NCBI GenBank assembly: GCA_951406725.2
Contig: OX597815.1
Location: forward strand, 54,870,001-54,934,000
DNA from: Octopus vulgaris
Lineage: Eukaryota
DNA length: 64,000 nucleotides
Reading direction: 5' to 3'
This document shows, piece by piece, positions 27,040 through 40,293 of the stretch. Within the stretch, counting starts at the first letter, position 1; each line of letters opens with the position of its first letter. The notes under the pieces are model-generated. The model was not told the DNA's origin. It saw only the letters and a list, made by a program, of their open reading frames with translations, and did no database searches. The position numbers were made by a program, and so were the translations under genes.

Positions 27040-28172
27040 ACAAGTATCTGAATATTCCTCAGACACTTTAATTGCAGATACAGTTAATCCAAGTATTGGA
27101 TAGATAATAACTGTGTCATGACATCAAACTCAGAACTTTATGACTGTGAAATGAATTTGTAGTCATTTGACTCTGTCCAAGCCCTTTTATGTTTTATACA
27201 TGCACACATTCACTGCATTACATATACAGGTTGGACCCAACTGAAAGCTTATTTAGTTTCAGTTGTGGTTCATGTGTAATTTGTTATGGAAATGCAAAGA
27301 AATGCTATGATTACAAAGTATTTCTTCAAGTAACACAATGCAATCACTGATGTAAGAACTTCAGCTCTTTGACAAACATGCTTCTTGGGTTCAATTTGTT
27401 TTCTTAAATTGTTAGAATATCTAAAATTAGCATCATCTAGTTTTTTTTTGTTTTGTTTTGTTTTTTTAAATATGACCTTGGGGAATTAAGTGAAACATGG
27501 AAAGAGCTACCATTTCAAATTCTCTATTTTGTTATTCACTTTTCTTTTTTCTTTTTATTTCCTAATTTTAGGTTGCCAACAAAGACCTCATGGATGTACT
27601 CCGAAGGAAAGTTAAACTTAACTTACCATATGCTGGAATATTCTTGAAGAAAGATGATAGGTATGTTCATTATTGCATTCTAAGCTTTTGTGAGACTTTA
27701 AGTTGTATAATATGATATCCTCATTTCTATCTGAACTAGCTAGCTGCATACTTTACCTGATAGCCAGGCCATTGTGATAATCCCATTTCTCATCTTCATA
27801 TCAGCCCTACTCTTTTACATCTCAATTTACCAGTTCTTCATTCTGAAAACAGCAGTCTTCTGGCATTTTTCACACAGATGTTCAACCTAAATATCTGTCT
27901 CACTAATCTAGGAGAGAGTGCAAAGTTCATGGATATTGGCCTTATTCCTCTGATTAGCTTATATACTAAAAAAAGAATGTCCTTCCTACAGCTAATCATT
28001 AAATACAGAGTGGAGTCTTTTTAAGGTTTCATCAGTGGAAACCATTTCACAGTCATAAAGTTCTGAGTTTGATGTCGTGACACAGCTATTATCTATCCAA
28101 TACTTGGATTAACTGTATCTGCGATTAAAGTGTCTGAGGAATATTCAGATACTTGTTTTAAGGTTTCATCAG
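27040..28172. repeat. 114-bp inverted repeat (27040-27153 and 28043-28156) bracketing LONP1 exon 2; right arm flanked by a 17-bp direct repeat
   Basis: ACAAGTATCTGAATATTCC...GACTGTGAAATG versus its reverse complement. TTTTAAGGTTTCATCAG occurs at 28019-28035 and 28156-28172. Confidence 0.92.
27572..27660 (+). CDS. LONP1: LONP1 coding exon 2 (89 nt)
   Basis: Pyrimidine tract with TTTAG acceptor. VANKDLMDVLRRKVKLNLPYAGIFLKKDD(S). AG|GTATGT donor, phase 0 to 2. Confidence 0.93.
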
Positions 28173-29046
28173 GGCTTTACTTAGATACAACATAAAGGTT
28201 TGAATTCTAGATTATGTGGTCAACAACATACACAGAAGTAAGAGAAATTGACACCATATTTTAAATGAGTTACAATCCTGTTGCTTTCTCTAGTTTGAAA
28301 TGTGTAATAAGCATATTTTTAAATGCTCTGTTATAAATAGTTAACCAACCAGAAACAAAATGAAATACTTTAAATTTGCACCCATAACAGAATAGCTGAC
28401 AGCCTAGTATCATACACATTTGGCTACTTTCTCAACATACACTCTCATGAATGGATCATCTGACAGCATTGTTTTACATAAGCTTATTTTTGGTTTCCCA
28501 TATAAACATTTTCCAGAATAAGGAGAATTGGATGAACCTGCAAAGCTGAATATTTTGCATGAGAGGGTTGTAACACTTTTAGCTTTTTATTTTGTTGTTT
28601 GTTTGTTTTCTATCATCTACATTACAATGAAGGGATTGTGATAGATTATACTACATCAATATGAAGAGTCTATGAGAAAGCTTTAAGCATTATTTTGCTT
28701 TCCAAACACTTCTCACAATATTTTCTTCAGATTTTCAAAAGAAGTTTTCTGCTTTAGATCCACAAGAATTAATTACATTTAATTAGTATGATATCCAGCA
28801 AGAGTGAACAGAATTTAGAACTATGAATGTAGTATAGGGGAATGAAGTTGACCCAATATTCTGTGATGCCACATTGCCATTAATAAAACTGATGTAAATG
28901 AATTTTGTGTTGCTACTTCTAGCAAGTTCCCTTGTAGATCATGATTGTTGAACAAATCTTAAGCCAAAAGTAAGAACTGAAGTAGTCCTCCATATCTTAT
29001 TTAACAATGTAACAATGGTCCTAAGCATTAAAATTTTATTTTCCAG

Positions 29047-29166
29047 TAATGATTCTGAAGTAATTTCCTCTATGGATGATATCTATCCTATTGGGTCATT
29101 TGTTCAAATCACAGAAATGCAAGATCTTGGTGACAAGTTAAGAATGATTGTTTTAGCTCATCGTCG
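29047..29166 (+). CDS. LONP1: LONP1 coding exon 3 (120 nt)
   Basis: TTCCAG acceptor. [39 protein letters not shown](R). CG|GTATGT donor, phase 2 to 2. Confidence 0.95.
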
Positions 29167-30057
29167 GTATGTATTTAACTCCACATCTGTAGAATTTTGT
29201 TTTGAAAGTTAACACAGATTAACTGATTTTTTTTTTTTTTTTGTCTGTACTTACATTTAATATAACATTGACTGAGAGTTACTAATGCTACCAATACCAC
29301 AAATGCTAGTTCTGAAAGTAAAAATTCAATATTGTTATGGTATAATCATAGAAGCAGAACACAAATATCCTCTGTTTCATTTTCTCTAGATCATTGGGAA
29401 TATTAATGATACTGGGAATTTAAATGAGCAAATTGACCTCTCAGTTCATAGACAGCAGTGTGGTATGAGCAGGCATCATGTTTTCATCTCTGATTGCCAG
29501 AACTGTGAATGATGCAAGAACCTTTCCTCCATGCAATTCATCAAGGTGCAACGATTAGTATGAATTAAATCTTGATCATTACAACATTCCAGTAATTTGA
29601 TAACTTTAGTGGTACCAATTACTTTGCTTACATAAGTCTTTTCATTTAGATTGAAAGAAAGTCTTCATTAAATCGTACAGATGGCACTTTAACGCATTTC
29701 ACTTGTTTAAGTTTTGCATTATTTTTGTGAACAATAGTTCATAAAACAGTGGTCACATCAACATCATCTGTCATGTATGTCCGATTGCTGTTGTTATTAT
29801 AAGTGAATCTTCTTGCAAACTTTGTTGTACATAATATATTTTATATTTGGGCCAATGCCATTATTGAGAGTTTCAAAAACATAAAGAAAGATGCTATAAT
29901 GTTACAGTATACACATAGAACACAATATAGAACTACTCTGAATGTTGCTCTTGAGGACAATAGATCATAGAATCAGTAAAGATGAGCAAAGACACTGTGG
30001 CATTTATGTTTGTTTATGTTCTGAGTTCAGATCATCTGTTCATCAACTTTACCTTGC

Positions 30058-30451
30058 TAAGCATGGTTGTGTGGTTAAGAAGTGTGCTTCACAACCATCT
30101 GATTTTGGGTTCAATGCTACTGCTCGGCACTTAGGGCAAGTGTCTTCAACTATAGCTTCATGACTTAAATTGGTAAATGAAAATTGAAAAGAAGCCCCTT
30201 GTGTGTAAACGTGTGTATGTCCTTGTCTTGGCATCATGTGTTAATTGTGAATAAACTCCAGTCATACAAGTAATGTCATTTGTTTACCATCTTCCCTGAA
30301 AACATGTCTGAGCTAGCTGAAATATTACCTTACTTGGAAACTGGTGAGGTTTAGCAACAAAGATTTCTGGTTGTTGAAAATTTACCTCAATGAATACTCA
30401 TCTGACCTATGCAAACATGAAAATGTTGACCTTAAATTAATGGTGATGATG
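30058..30451 (+). mobile_element. Degenerate tRNA-derived SINE with RTE-like (GAT)n tail
   Basis: GCATGGTTGTGTGGTTAAGAAG...GGGTTCAAT head, GGGCAAGTGTCTTC core, ends GGTGATGATG. Confidence 0.65.
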
Positions 30452-30964
30452 AATCAAAACAGTCATCAAGATAGCCAAGACAACAGAGCACCTTGTCTAA
30501 ATACATGCACATCAGCAAGAGGATCCCTATAGGCTAGAAATAGCTACAAAATCCCCTCAAATTACACACTACTGTCTTGAAAAGGGAAGGATGCATTTCT
30601 TGATTTAGATAGAGAAAAAGACTGTATGGTCATACATGGAATACCTTTGATCTGTCTGATCAGGGGTGACTTTGAGCTAAACAACAGCAACATTAATAAG
30701 TTGACAGTTTTTCATCCTCCTGTGATGGATTGGATAGAGTAATATATTGGAAGTCAGTTCCACTGACTGTTTCAGTCTTGTTTAGCAAGATAGTTTTTGA
30801 CAAAGTAAGAAATAGGGTTGAATGGTTTTGACAGCTAATAATAACACTGAGATTTTGGTTTTCATCTAAAAACATAGTTCAGAGATAATTGTATAACATT
30901 AAATACTATTTTATTTATGAGAACTGATTTTATATTCTGTGTTATCAGCTTTAAAAAAATAAAT

Positions 30965-31590
30965 TACTAATAAAAATTGTTTCCCATATAGGCTCAAGAC
31001 CAAAAATTTGAGGGGAGGGTTAAATCTATCAAATTCACTCCAGTATTTGGCTGGTACTATATATACTGAGGAAGGATAAAAGGCAAAGTTTACCTTGGCA
31101 GGCTTTGTATTCAGAACATAAAGTAGCATAACTAATTACTGCTAGGCATTTTGCCCTACACTCTAACAATTCAGCCAATTCATTGCTGATGATGATAATA
31201 ATTTCTAATATAGGCATAAGGCCACAAATTTGGATGTGATAGTGGGGTTAGTTGATTGAATCAACCCCAGTATTTGACTGGTACTTTATTTTATAAATCC
31301 TAAAAGGATGAAAAGCGAAGTTGATCTTGGTGGAAATTGAACTCAGATTGCTGAAAGCCAAAACAACTACAAAAAAGCATTTGTCTAGTACCCTAACAAT
31401 TCTGCCAGTCATCATAAGAATTTCTTATACAGGCTCAAAGCCAGAAATTTGGTTGGGTGGCATTGTCAATTGAATTCTGATACTTTATTTAATTGTACCT
31501 AAAAGGATAAAAGACAATCATCTTGGAAAATTGAACTCAGAACATAAAGAGTCTTAGCTAAATATTGTAAGAGAATTTGGTTTAACAGTC
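30965..31590. repeat. Three degenerate head-to-tail copies of an old SINE-like fragment
   Basis: Recurring CTGGTACT...AAGGAT(G/A)AAA(A/G)G...ACTCAGAAC motifs at ~31050, ~31280 and ~31480. Confidence 0.55.
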
Positions 31591-31652
31591 TAATGTAGTT
31601 CATATTAAAGAGGTGGTGATTATGATGATGTTGAACAATTATTTATTTTCAG

Positions 31653-31708
31653 AATCAAAATTAACAACATCATCTTTGAATCTGAAGAAGTAACAGACCA
31701 GACTTGTG
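31653..31708 (+). CDS. LONP1: LONP1 coding exon 4 (56 nt)
   Basis: TTTTCAG acceptor. (R)IKINNIIFESEEVTDQTC. G|GTAAGT donor. Phase 2 to 1 exactly bridges exons 3 and 5. Confidence 0.85.
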
Positions 31709-32142
31709 GTAAGTTTTCTTTCTTTTTCTTCTTTCTCTTTCTAATTGTATTTACATGTGACTATTCCATCAGAACTTGCTTGTAAATTCCAGGATTTTTT
31801 TATAAATAAATGTTTCCATATCTCCAAGCAATTTCTGTTCCAATAAAGGCAGCATTTAACGTTATATTATTGCTTAAATTCTGTCTTATGCAATAAAGCC
31901 CTATTGAATTAAATGATTTCTTAACTTAGCACAAGTCTTAAATGTTTAAACTTAAAAGTTTAACAGTCATTCTTTGTAAATGACTGATAAGCATAAAGTA
32001 GGCACCAGCAGGATTTGTTCAGAGCATAATAGGGTGTAACTAATAGGGGCGAAGAATTTTTTCTGAACCTATCAATTTAACCATCCACTGTCCTTAATAG
32101 GTTAAATTAAAAAGGGTTTTAGACAAGAAGTACAAGATCACA

Positions 32143-32420
32143 AATAATAATAATAATAATAATAATACAGTGCTCAGGTGCACCACAACTTGTCAAAAGT
32201 ACATATAAAGCATATGCAGTAATGTGCAAATGTCTGGGAAGTGAACAGTGTATGAGTCAGATACATACTTGTGTGAGTATTGAGGGGAGAAAATCAGGTA
32301 TAGTGTTGGCGAATCTCAGGAAGCATGGAAGTTTTGAAGGATGCAGTGCTCCGACAACTAACAACTGATGCCAGCAGTTTGTGCCATGCTTCAGCAACTC
32401 TTAGAGTGAAGAGTGGTTTA
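32143..32420 (-). mobile_element. 3' fragment of a CR1-type LINE with (ATT)n tail
   Basis: Minus-strand FTLRVAEAWHKLLASVVSCRSTASFK is a CR1 ORF2 C-terminal motif. (AAT)n at 32143-32168. Confidence 0.7.
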
Positions 32421-32648
32421 CATAATCCTTGTAGTTGTCTAGCATTTATTCTCCATAGATCCTAGAAGATGAAAAAGCTGAGTCAACTTTTGCAGAATAA
32501 ATATAAAATAAAAACAAATGAATATCCTCTCTGCGCTTTTAGTAAAATAGAAGGTTTTTTCAGAGAATTTTGAAACTGTAATTAATTAAATTTATTTCTT
32601 AGAAAGTATTATATTACTGTTTTTTTTTTTTTTTCTATTTCTTTATAG

Positions 32649-32821
32649 ATGATAAAAAACGTAAATCACGGCGCCACAGACGAAATCAAGAAAATGGAAT
32701 AAAAGATAATGAAGATATTGAAGTGATTGAAAAAACCTTGCATTCAAACACAGGAAAAATGTTGATGGCTAATGTAGAAAATTTAGTGCACGAGGAATTC
32801 AAACAAACAGATGAGATTAAG
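32649..32821 (+). CDS. LONP1: LONP1 coding exon 5 (173 nt)
   Basis: Long poly-T tract with TATAG acceptor. DKKRKSRRHRR...KMLMANVENLVHEEFKQTDEIK. AAG|GTCTGC (weak) donor, phase 1 to 0. Confidence 0.9.
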
Positions 32822-33077
32822 GTCTGCTATTTACTTGACTAATTCTTCTGTTTCTTATTTGTTATTCTCACTGTTGTTAATAGCAACTACTGTAGTTTGA
32901 TGATGCTTGTCTGCAAATACTTTAAGAATATTAACATGGGTGATGGTTGTTCTGTAGAACATTACTCATTGATTTCAGCAATTCTTAGTGAAAAATTAGT
33001 TTGTTCTGCATTTAAATAAATGATATGAAGGAAAAAAACAAACTAAGTAATAAGAAGGAAATTCAATTAGTTTACAA

Positions 33078-33137
<60 letters not shown>

Positions 33138-33350
33138 GTATTATATATATATATATATATATAAAGTTAATCCAAACAAGAAAGCACAAAAAAACACAAC
33201 GTGAGGATGTGGAACAAATATAGTATTATTGGACGCTGTATATGTATGCATATATTTAAAATTTAAAATAGGATAAAATCTTTATAAGAATTTATCAAGT
33301 AGTCAGCATAAAAACCTCATGAGGGAAAAATTTATTATTATTCCCTTTAA

Positions 33351-33484
33351 ATATATTTATTTACATTAAGGGCATTACTACACATAAATACTTCATGCTG
33401 TGAGGAACTCTTAAAGTCAAAACTACCATAATACATACATGAGGCATTTACGTTTAGTAATGCCCTTAATGTAAATAAATATAT
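33351..33484. repeat. Hairpin with 47-bp arms and a 40-bp spacer
   Basis: ATATATTTATTTACATTAAGGGCATTACTA...TTCATG (33351-33397) versus CATGAGG...TAGTAATGCCCTTAATGTAAATAAATATAT (33438-33484), about 4 mismatches. Confidence 0.85.
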
Positions 33485-33656
33485 ATGTGTGTGTGTATGT
33501 ATGTATGTGTGTGTGTATGTATCTATGTATATATATATATAATAGTGTAGGTGTCAGTTAGAGGAGTTTAATACCTCTAAGGGATAATTAAATCCAAAGT
33601 CGCTCCTGGTTATTAGCTGGGTAGGTATAGTGTTTTGTAAAGTTGTACAGTAGCAG

Positions 33657-35130
33657 GTGGTTCAGTTGGTAGACCGTAGTTTAGGTTATATAGGAGAAGA
33701 AAATGGATGTAATAATGCAGCACCTCCTGCTAACTTAGATATAGACCTGAACAATAATAGCCCCCCACAATACATCATGAATGAAGATACACCTAATTAT
33801 TCATGTGGCTGCAGGGATAGAACAAAGTGCCATTTCTCAAATAGATGCAAGACAAATAATGTAGTTTACCAGTGTGAAATCTACACATATAACCAGATGA
33901 ACTCATACATAGGCGCCACTAAGAACCAAATGATTCTTAGATATAATGCGCACCAATCAAGCTTCAGAAATAAGAGTAAGGCCAACTCAATAGGACTAAG
34001 TACATATATTTGGGAACTTAAGGATGAAAAATAGATTATAGTTTATAATGGCGTATACTCACAAAAACAACCTCCTACAACACCGCCAATAGACGCTGTG
34101 ATCTTTGTCTATCAGAACGCCATAGCTATATTTACGGATAAACAACCCCTTCTGAACAGGAAATTTGCGAACAACATTTTTTGCCTTCATGTGGGCCTTT
34201 ATGTATTTTCAAAATACCGGTAGAATAACCCCTTTTGTCTTTAAGTAGGCCTCTATGTCTTCCATAATCCCAAACTTGAATAGTCATCAATATAAGTGTA
34301 ATTAGCTGGGAACCACCTTAAACACTTACACACAAATAGTCACTCTGCAAACCCACTCGCCCTCCCCATTCCATAGTAATTTACTTTGCACCTACATAGC
34401 ACTTCAAGCACTAAGAACTTCCTAAACTCTAGTAATAATATAATTCTTAGCCATTCCCAGACCGGGCGTTGTGTGTGTTTATTGAGTGAAAACACCTAAA
34501 AGCTCCACGAGGCTCCGGTAGGAGGTGGTGATCCCTGCTGTACTCAAAAGGCGGTGCTCCAGCATGGCCGCAGTCAAATGACTGAAACAAGTACAAAAAA
34601 AAAAAAAAAAAAAAAAAAATACAATTCTAAACCACCCTACCTAGTCTAATAAAGACTGGTATGAGTTAGCTCCCTTCTCACCCTAAATTAGAGTTACCAC
34701 CTTCACTTACACTGCTGGTGAATAAACCCACTGTGGACGAAAAGCAAATTTAATACACACACCTGAAAAAATATGCTTAGTCAAACTCGGAACCCCACAC
34801 CAAAATAATATTCACCCCCGTCTAATTGCCCAACAAAACTAACCAGTCTATTACAGTAAAACCTCTCCCCAGCACAAGAACAAAATTTAATGTAAGATTT
34901 ACTAATTTTGCTTCTATCACAATCACATATGTATCAAGTATTTTTGCATCCTAACCAATGTATCTATCTATTTTTGCATTCTGAAGAGATTTACTAAAAC
35001 TAGTAAATTGAAACGATCGTAAATGTAACCTTCATCTTTGCTTCCTTCTTCTTTGTTATCTAATTAAATGAAAGGCATACCAGTGAAAACGCGTTTCCAC
35101 TTGTTATTACGTCCATTTTCGTCTCCTATA
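33657..35130 (+). mobile_element. 5'-truncated Penelope-like element (GIY-YIG endonuclease, 3' UTR, hammerhead)
   Basis: CGC...C...CKTNNVVYQC...YIGAT...RYNAHQSSF...LSTYIWELK, then in a shifted frame WRIL...RCDLCLSE. Ends in a hammerhead motif. Interrupted by a SINE tail with poly(A) at ~34545-34620. Confidence 0.85.
34974..35028 (+). ncRNA. Minimal type I hammerhead ribozyme (Penelope type)
   Basis: Stem I TTGCATT/AATGTAA; core CTGAAGA; stem II GATTTACTA-AAAC-TAGTAAATT; GAAA; palindromic stem III ACGATCGT; GUA cleavage triplet ending at 35021. Confidence 0.85.
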
Positions 35131-35184
<54 letters not shown>

Positions 35185-35189
<5 letters not shown>

Positions 35190-35730
35190 AGGATACTAGA
35201 TATCAAATGGAAGTCTTTAATACCAGTTAAAACTAGACACCATTGTTCTTCAGCAAGCTAACACATCCAGTATTGAAATGATCCTCATATGCAATCAGCT
35301 GCGTTGGGTTGGGCACCTTACTAGAATGCTGGATGACAGGTTGCCAAAGCAGTTATTTTATGGGGAGTTGCAGCATGGCAAACATCCGAGACATAAACCT
35401 AAGAAATGTTTTAGGGATGCTGTTAAGGCTCTTAATGTGAAAGTTGAAAACTGGGAGCAGATGATGCAAGATCAATCGGTTTGGAATCAAATGATCTACA
35501 ATAGATGTAAAGCATTTGAAGCTCGAAGAATTGAACAATCTATCTTGAAATGAGCACTTTGTAGACAGGACTTAACTACAATCACAGACACTTTTCTGCT
35601 TAACAATATTTGTAAGATCTGCAGTAGAGTTTGTTTGTCAAGAGCAGGACTTGCTAGTCATATAAGATCTCATGACAGCATTTATTAATTGAAGAGATGG
35701 CCTTCTTCTGTAAAGAAGAGGCAATCACCA
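35185..35730 (+). mobile_element. 3' fragment of an RTE LINE with one C2H2 finger
   Basis: QLRWVGHLTRMLDDRLPKQLFYGEL; CKICSRVCLSRAGLASHIRSH at 35611-35673. Confidence 0.8.
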
Positions 35731-35747
35731 TATATATATATATATAT

Positions 35748-36141
35748 ACTCTTTTACTCTTTTACTTGTTTCAGTCATTTGACTGCGGCCATGCTAGAGC
35801 ACCGCCTTTAGTCGATCAAATCGACCTCGGGACTTATTCTTTGTAAGCCCAGTACTTATTCTATCGGTCTCTTTTGCCGAAGCGCTAAGTGACGGGGATG
35901 TAAACACACCAGCATCGGTTGTCAAGCAATGCTAGGGGGACAAACACAGACACACAAACACACACACACACACATATATACATATATACAACAGGCTTCT
36001 TTCAGTTTCCGTCTACCAAATCCACTCACAATGCATTGGTCGGCCCGGGGCTATAGCAGAAGACACTTGCCCAAGATGCCACGCAGTGGGACTGAACCCG
36101 GAACCATGTGGTTGGTTAGCAAGCTACTTACCACACAGCCA

Positions 36142-36143
<2 letters not shown>
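35748..36143 (-). mobile_element. Full-length tRNA-derived SINE
   Basis: Head GAGTGGCTGTGTGGTAAG...GGGTTCAGTCCC, internal (TG)n, tail AATGACTGAAACAAGTAAAAGAGTAAAAGAG. Tail fragments also occur at ~12218-12310, ~14073-14168 and ~34545-34595. Confidence 0.85.
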
Positions 36144-36187
<44 letters not shown>

Positions 36188-36362
36188 TATATATATATAG
36201 ATAGATAGATAGATATATTATACCTGATCCACTTGATGATGGTGAATAGGTATCGAAGAGGTACCTATATAAAAGCAAATACATTACACAAACCAGCAAG
36301 GCAAATGAGAAGTTGGAATATTATTCAAAATCTCTACTGTAAAATCTAGCACACCATTTTCC

Positions 36363-38515
36363 TCATCATCATCATAATCGTTTAACGTCTGCTTTCCATG
36401 CTGGCATGGGTTGGATGGTTTGACTGAGAGCTGGCAAGCCAGAAGGCTGCACCAGGCTCCAATCTGATCTGGCAGTGTTTCTACAGCTGGATGCCTTTCC
36501 AAATGCCAACCACTCCGAGAGTGTAGTGGGTGCTTTATACGTGCTACCAGCATGAGGGCTAGTCAGGCGGTACTGGCATTGACCATGCTTGAATGGCGCT
36601 TTTTACATGGCAGCACTGGCAACGACCACGCTTGAATGGTGCTTTTTACATGCCACCGGTATGAAACTAAGGGTGTGAAACTTTGCCACACAGCTGTCCT
36701 CATCCATACGCAACACATGACCATACCAGCGCATTCATCTCTCTGGCATACCACATCTGATGCTTCTTATGTCCAACTTTTCTCTCAAGGAGCTTACACT
36801 CTGTCATGTATGCACACTGACATTACACATCCAGCAGAACATACTAGCTTCATTCCTTGCAAGCTTACGCATGTCCTCAGTAGTCACAGCCCATGTTTCA
36901 CTGGCTGTTCATACACAAGCGTCATACAGTCTACCTTTTATTCTGAGTGAGCGGCCCTCTGAACTTTGCTCAGGCTATTCTTATTCTAGCAGCTACACTT
37001 TCAGTGCATCCACCCCTACTACTGGCTTGGTCACCTAGGTAATGGAAGCTATCAACTACTTGTGGTTTTTTTCCCCTGGAATGTGACGGAAACTGTTTTC
37101 TGCACATTTTCAGTGTTTATTGCTCCTGAGCATCTGCCACATACAAAAACTATCTTCCCAATAAGCCTTCCTTTGATATTGCTGCATCACTTATGTGTGC
37201 ATAGCTTACACTGGGTACATCTTATGAAGTTTCCACCTCTGCCTTTTCTCCAGATCGAGCAGGGCCATCTACCTGAAGGGATTTGTGATCTGTCTGCCTG
37301 CCTACTTATTAAGGCTTTGATTTTTGCTAGATTGACTCTAAGGCTCTTCGATTCTAGACCTTGCTTCCACACCTGACACTTCTCTATTTCTGATAGTGAC
37401 TCAGCTATTTGAGCAAGGTCGTCAGCATAGAGGAGCTCCCAGGGTCTTGAATTCCTCTGTTATTGCTGGAGGACTATGATGAATAAGAGGGGTCTGAGGA
37501 CTGCTCCTTGGTGGACCCCTACCTGGAATTCTTCACTGTACTCGTTGCCAACCCTCACCTTACTGACAGCATCCCTGTACATGGTTTGTACAGCTCTCAC
37601 TAACCACTCATCTATCCCTAGTTTCCACATTGACCATCTGATAAGAGATTGGGGGACCCTGTCAAAGGCTTTCCCTATTTCAACAAAAGCCAGGTACAGA
37701 GGTTTATCTTTGACTAGGTATTTCTCCTGCAGCTGTCTTACCAGAAATATAGCATTAGTGGTGCTTTCCTCTGGCACAAACCCAAACTGCATCTCATCTA
37801 AACTGACTCTCTCCCTAAATAGTTGGGCTATGACCCTCTCCATGACTTTCATTACTTGATCCAACAACTTGATACCTCTGTAATTATTCGTATCTAATGC
37901 ATCACCTTTACTTTGTAGCAGTTGACTATGGTGCTGCTACACCTGTCATTGGGTGTGACGACTCCATGTATCACCTGATTGACTATGCAGATGACTAGAC
38001 TATAGCCAACACCACCAGATATTTTAAGCATCTGTGCGGTGATTCTTGATGGGCCAGGGGGATATCCCTATTTTCATACCCCTAATTGCTTTATCTACCA
38101 AGGTACTGTCTGTTTGGATAGCAGGTTTCTCTGTTATGTCGACATTTGGCAGACTCTCTTTCTCTCATCCATTCTCTTCATAGTGGCATCTCCAAGTCTC
38201 TCTCTTTGTAGCCTCATTAAATGGAAGTGAGCCATCATCCATGTGGACACATTTCTCTCCTTTGACATCACAATTCTCTCTCACACACTATCTTGCAACA
38301 CAAAACACTTCAAGTCTTTGGTCCTCACAACGCAGAACATTGGCAAATTTTTTCTCATCTACTTCCTCTCTGGCTAAGTAAACCTTCTGGCAATCTGATA
38401 CAGTTCTCTGCTACCACCATTCTTCCAGTTCTTCCATGCAGGTTTCTTTTCCCTAATGGCTCTGTCAACTACATTGTTCCATCACCACATTACCTTGGCA
38501 CCATCCACAGATCTT
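36363..38515 (-). mobile_element. 5'-truncated degenerate copy of the PHD-insert RTE family
   Basis: ORFs 37460..37867 (QFGFVP, KAFDRVP, GVHQG) and 37187..37372 (PCSIWRKG...CTQCKL), plus the same (GAT)n 3' end. Confidence 0.88.
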
Positions 38516-38544
38516 GTCAGTAGTCCTTAACAATAGTGTTGGAC

Positions 38545-38900
38545 TGCATTTAGTGAATTTTTATGTTGTTTGTGTTGTATTTAGTTCAATTTATCTATAC
38601 TATCCTCTGTGTGTGTGCATGCATACGTTTTGTTTTGGTTCAATCTTTCTTCATTATTATATATTTCTTGCATTTAGTTCAATACCTTCATTATTATATA
38701 TTTCTTGCATTTAGTTCAATACTATAGTATATATGTGTTGTATATAGTTCAGTCTGTCTACACTTTTATGTATGTATGTATTTGCATTGTATTTAGTTCA
38801 TTGTGTGTAAGATGTTGATGGCTGGTGTAGAAAATTCAGTGCCTATTCAATCTCTGGGTATTATTCCATATATGTGCATCTTGTATTAAGTTCAATCTTT
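38545..38900. repeat. Degenerate minisatellite built on (G/T)(C/T)ATTTAGTTCAAT
   Basis: The motif recurs about 7 times, including an exact ~37-bp duplication at ~38650-38723. Confidence 0.6.
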
Positions 38901-39699
38901 CGCAATTCTACTATTCAATGGAAGTGTGTTTTATTTAATTAAATCCTTCAATATCTTCCATTTTGAAACCCCTGAAACATTATTTAAAATAAGTACCAGC
39001 AATGTACATTCTCCATCTATGAAAAAATAACTCCTGGTTGACATGCAATAAATTATACTCTAATTTCTTGGGTGATTGGTTAGTTACAAGACCAACATTC
39101 AGCTATGGAAACAATTATTCCAATAAAAACCTTCCCTACTATATTTACAGAAAATATATGTAAGACAACAAAAAATATGGCCTGATCATTTCCAGTTTCT
39201 TTATGGAAATTTTTTTTGTGCAAAAATAAAACTTCAATAAAAAGTTTTAGTTCAAAAGTGTAGGGGAAACTTCTGAAGAATTTCAAAATTTACAACAGCG
39301 AAATTCATTATTTCAGGCTTGATAAAACAAATAATAATTAATAACGAGGTGAATTAAGTTGTGCATACCTCTTCTGCTACATTTCTATATATATTGTCAT
39401 ACTATTAATCTACCTAGTTTGAAATAGGAATTATATAAAACTGTTAATTATCAGGGAGAAATAAATCTGCATTACAATTTATGTATAAAGAACTAGCTTT
39501 GTTACACACACTACTTGTTTATGTTAAAGGTACATGTGTCTGTAGAGTACATACTAATACAGTGAGTAGGTAGTATAGTTGATTAGACAATTGGTATACT
39601 TGTCATCAAAATCAAGGAAGAATCTATATGCTTTACCTGTCATATATATCTATTATCTAAATGCAAAATAAATTGTCAAACAACTAAACTTGCTTTTAG

Positions 39700-39761
39700 G
39701 CACTGACATCAGAGGTTGTGAAGACTATCCGGGATATCATTGCAATGAACCCACTATACAG
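39700..39761 (+). CDS. LONP1: LONP1 coding exon 6 (62 nt); the gene continues outside the window
   Basis: CTTTTAG acceptor. ALTSEVVKTIRDIIAMNPLY(R). AG|GTATGT donor, phase 0 to 2. Confidence 0.95.
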
Positions 39762-40293
39762 GTATGTATACTTACATTCCATTAAAAGACTACAATTTTT
39801 GTATTATGAAAGAACAACATAATCATAAGAAGAGCATAAGAACAATTGAATCTTCAGGTACTCCTCACCTATCTTAATGCTTTATCTCCATTTTAATTTA
39901 ATAGTTAATCATTGTATATCTGATTTTAAAGTGGCATTGATGTGCTCACATGGTCATCAGTTCAAATCTACAAATTGGTCATTATGTTGTGCTCCTGAGT
40001 AAAATATATAATGCTGTTTATTCTAGTTTGCAGCCAATTCTGTAGCTGTTCAAGAGGAATATCTATTACTTAGATTTCACTAGTCTCAGTGGATTTGTGA
40101 AGGTCACAGCCCCATCCTCCACATCAGACCTTGGCTTTTATTTTTATTGTTTGATGTGATTATGATGCTCAATTTAGGTTTTTTTATGGCAACAAGTTTA
40201 ACATAAATAGGGTGTTTATTTTGAGACAGTTTATGAATTGTAATACTTCAGTTAGACTCAATATCATGTAAGATTTAAAAAATGATTGTTGCG

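Noticed and set aside
36060-36143. tRNA genes at SINE heads (also 4335, 30058, 40294)
   Set aside because: A/B-box-like motifs continue into SINE bodies and do not form a full cloverleaf.
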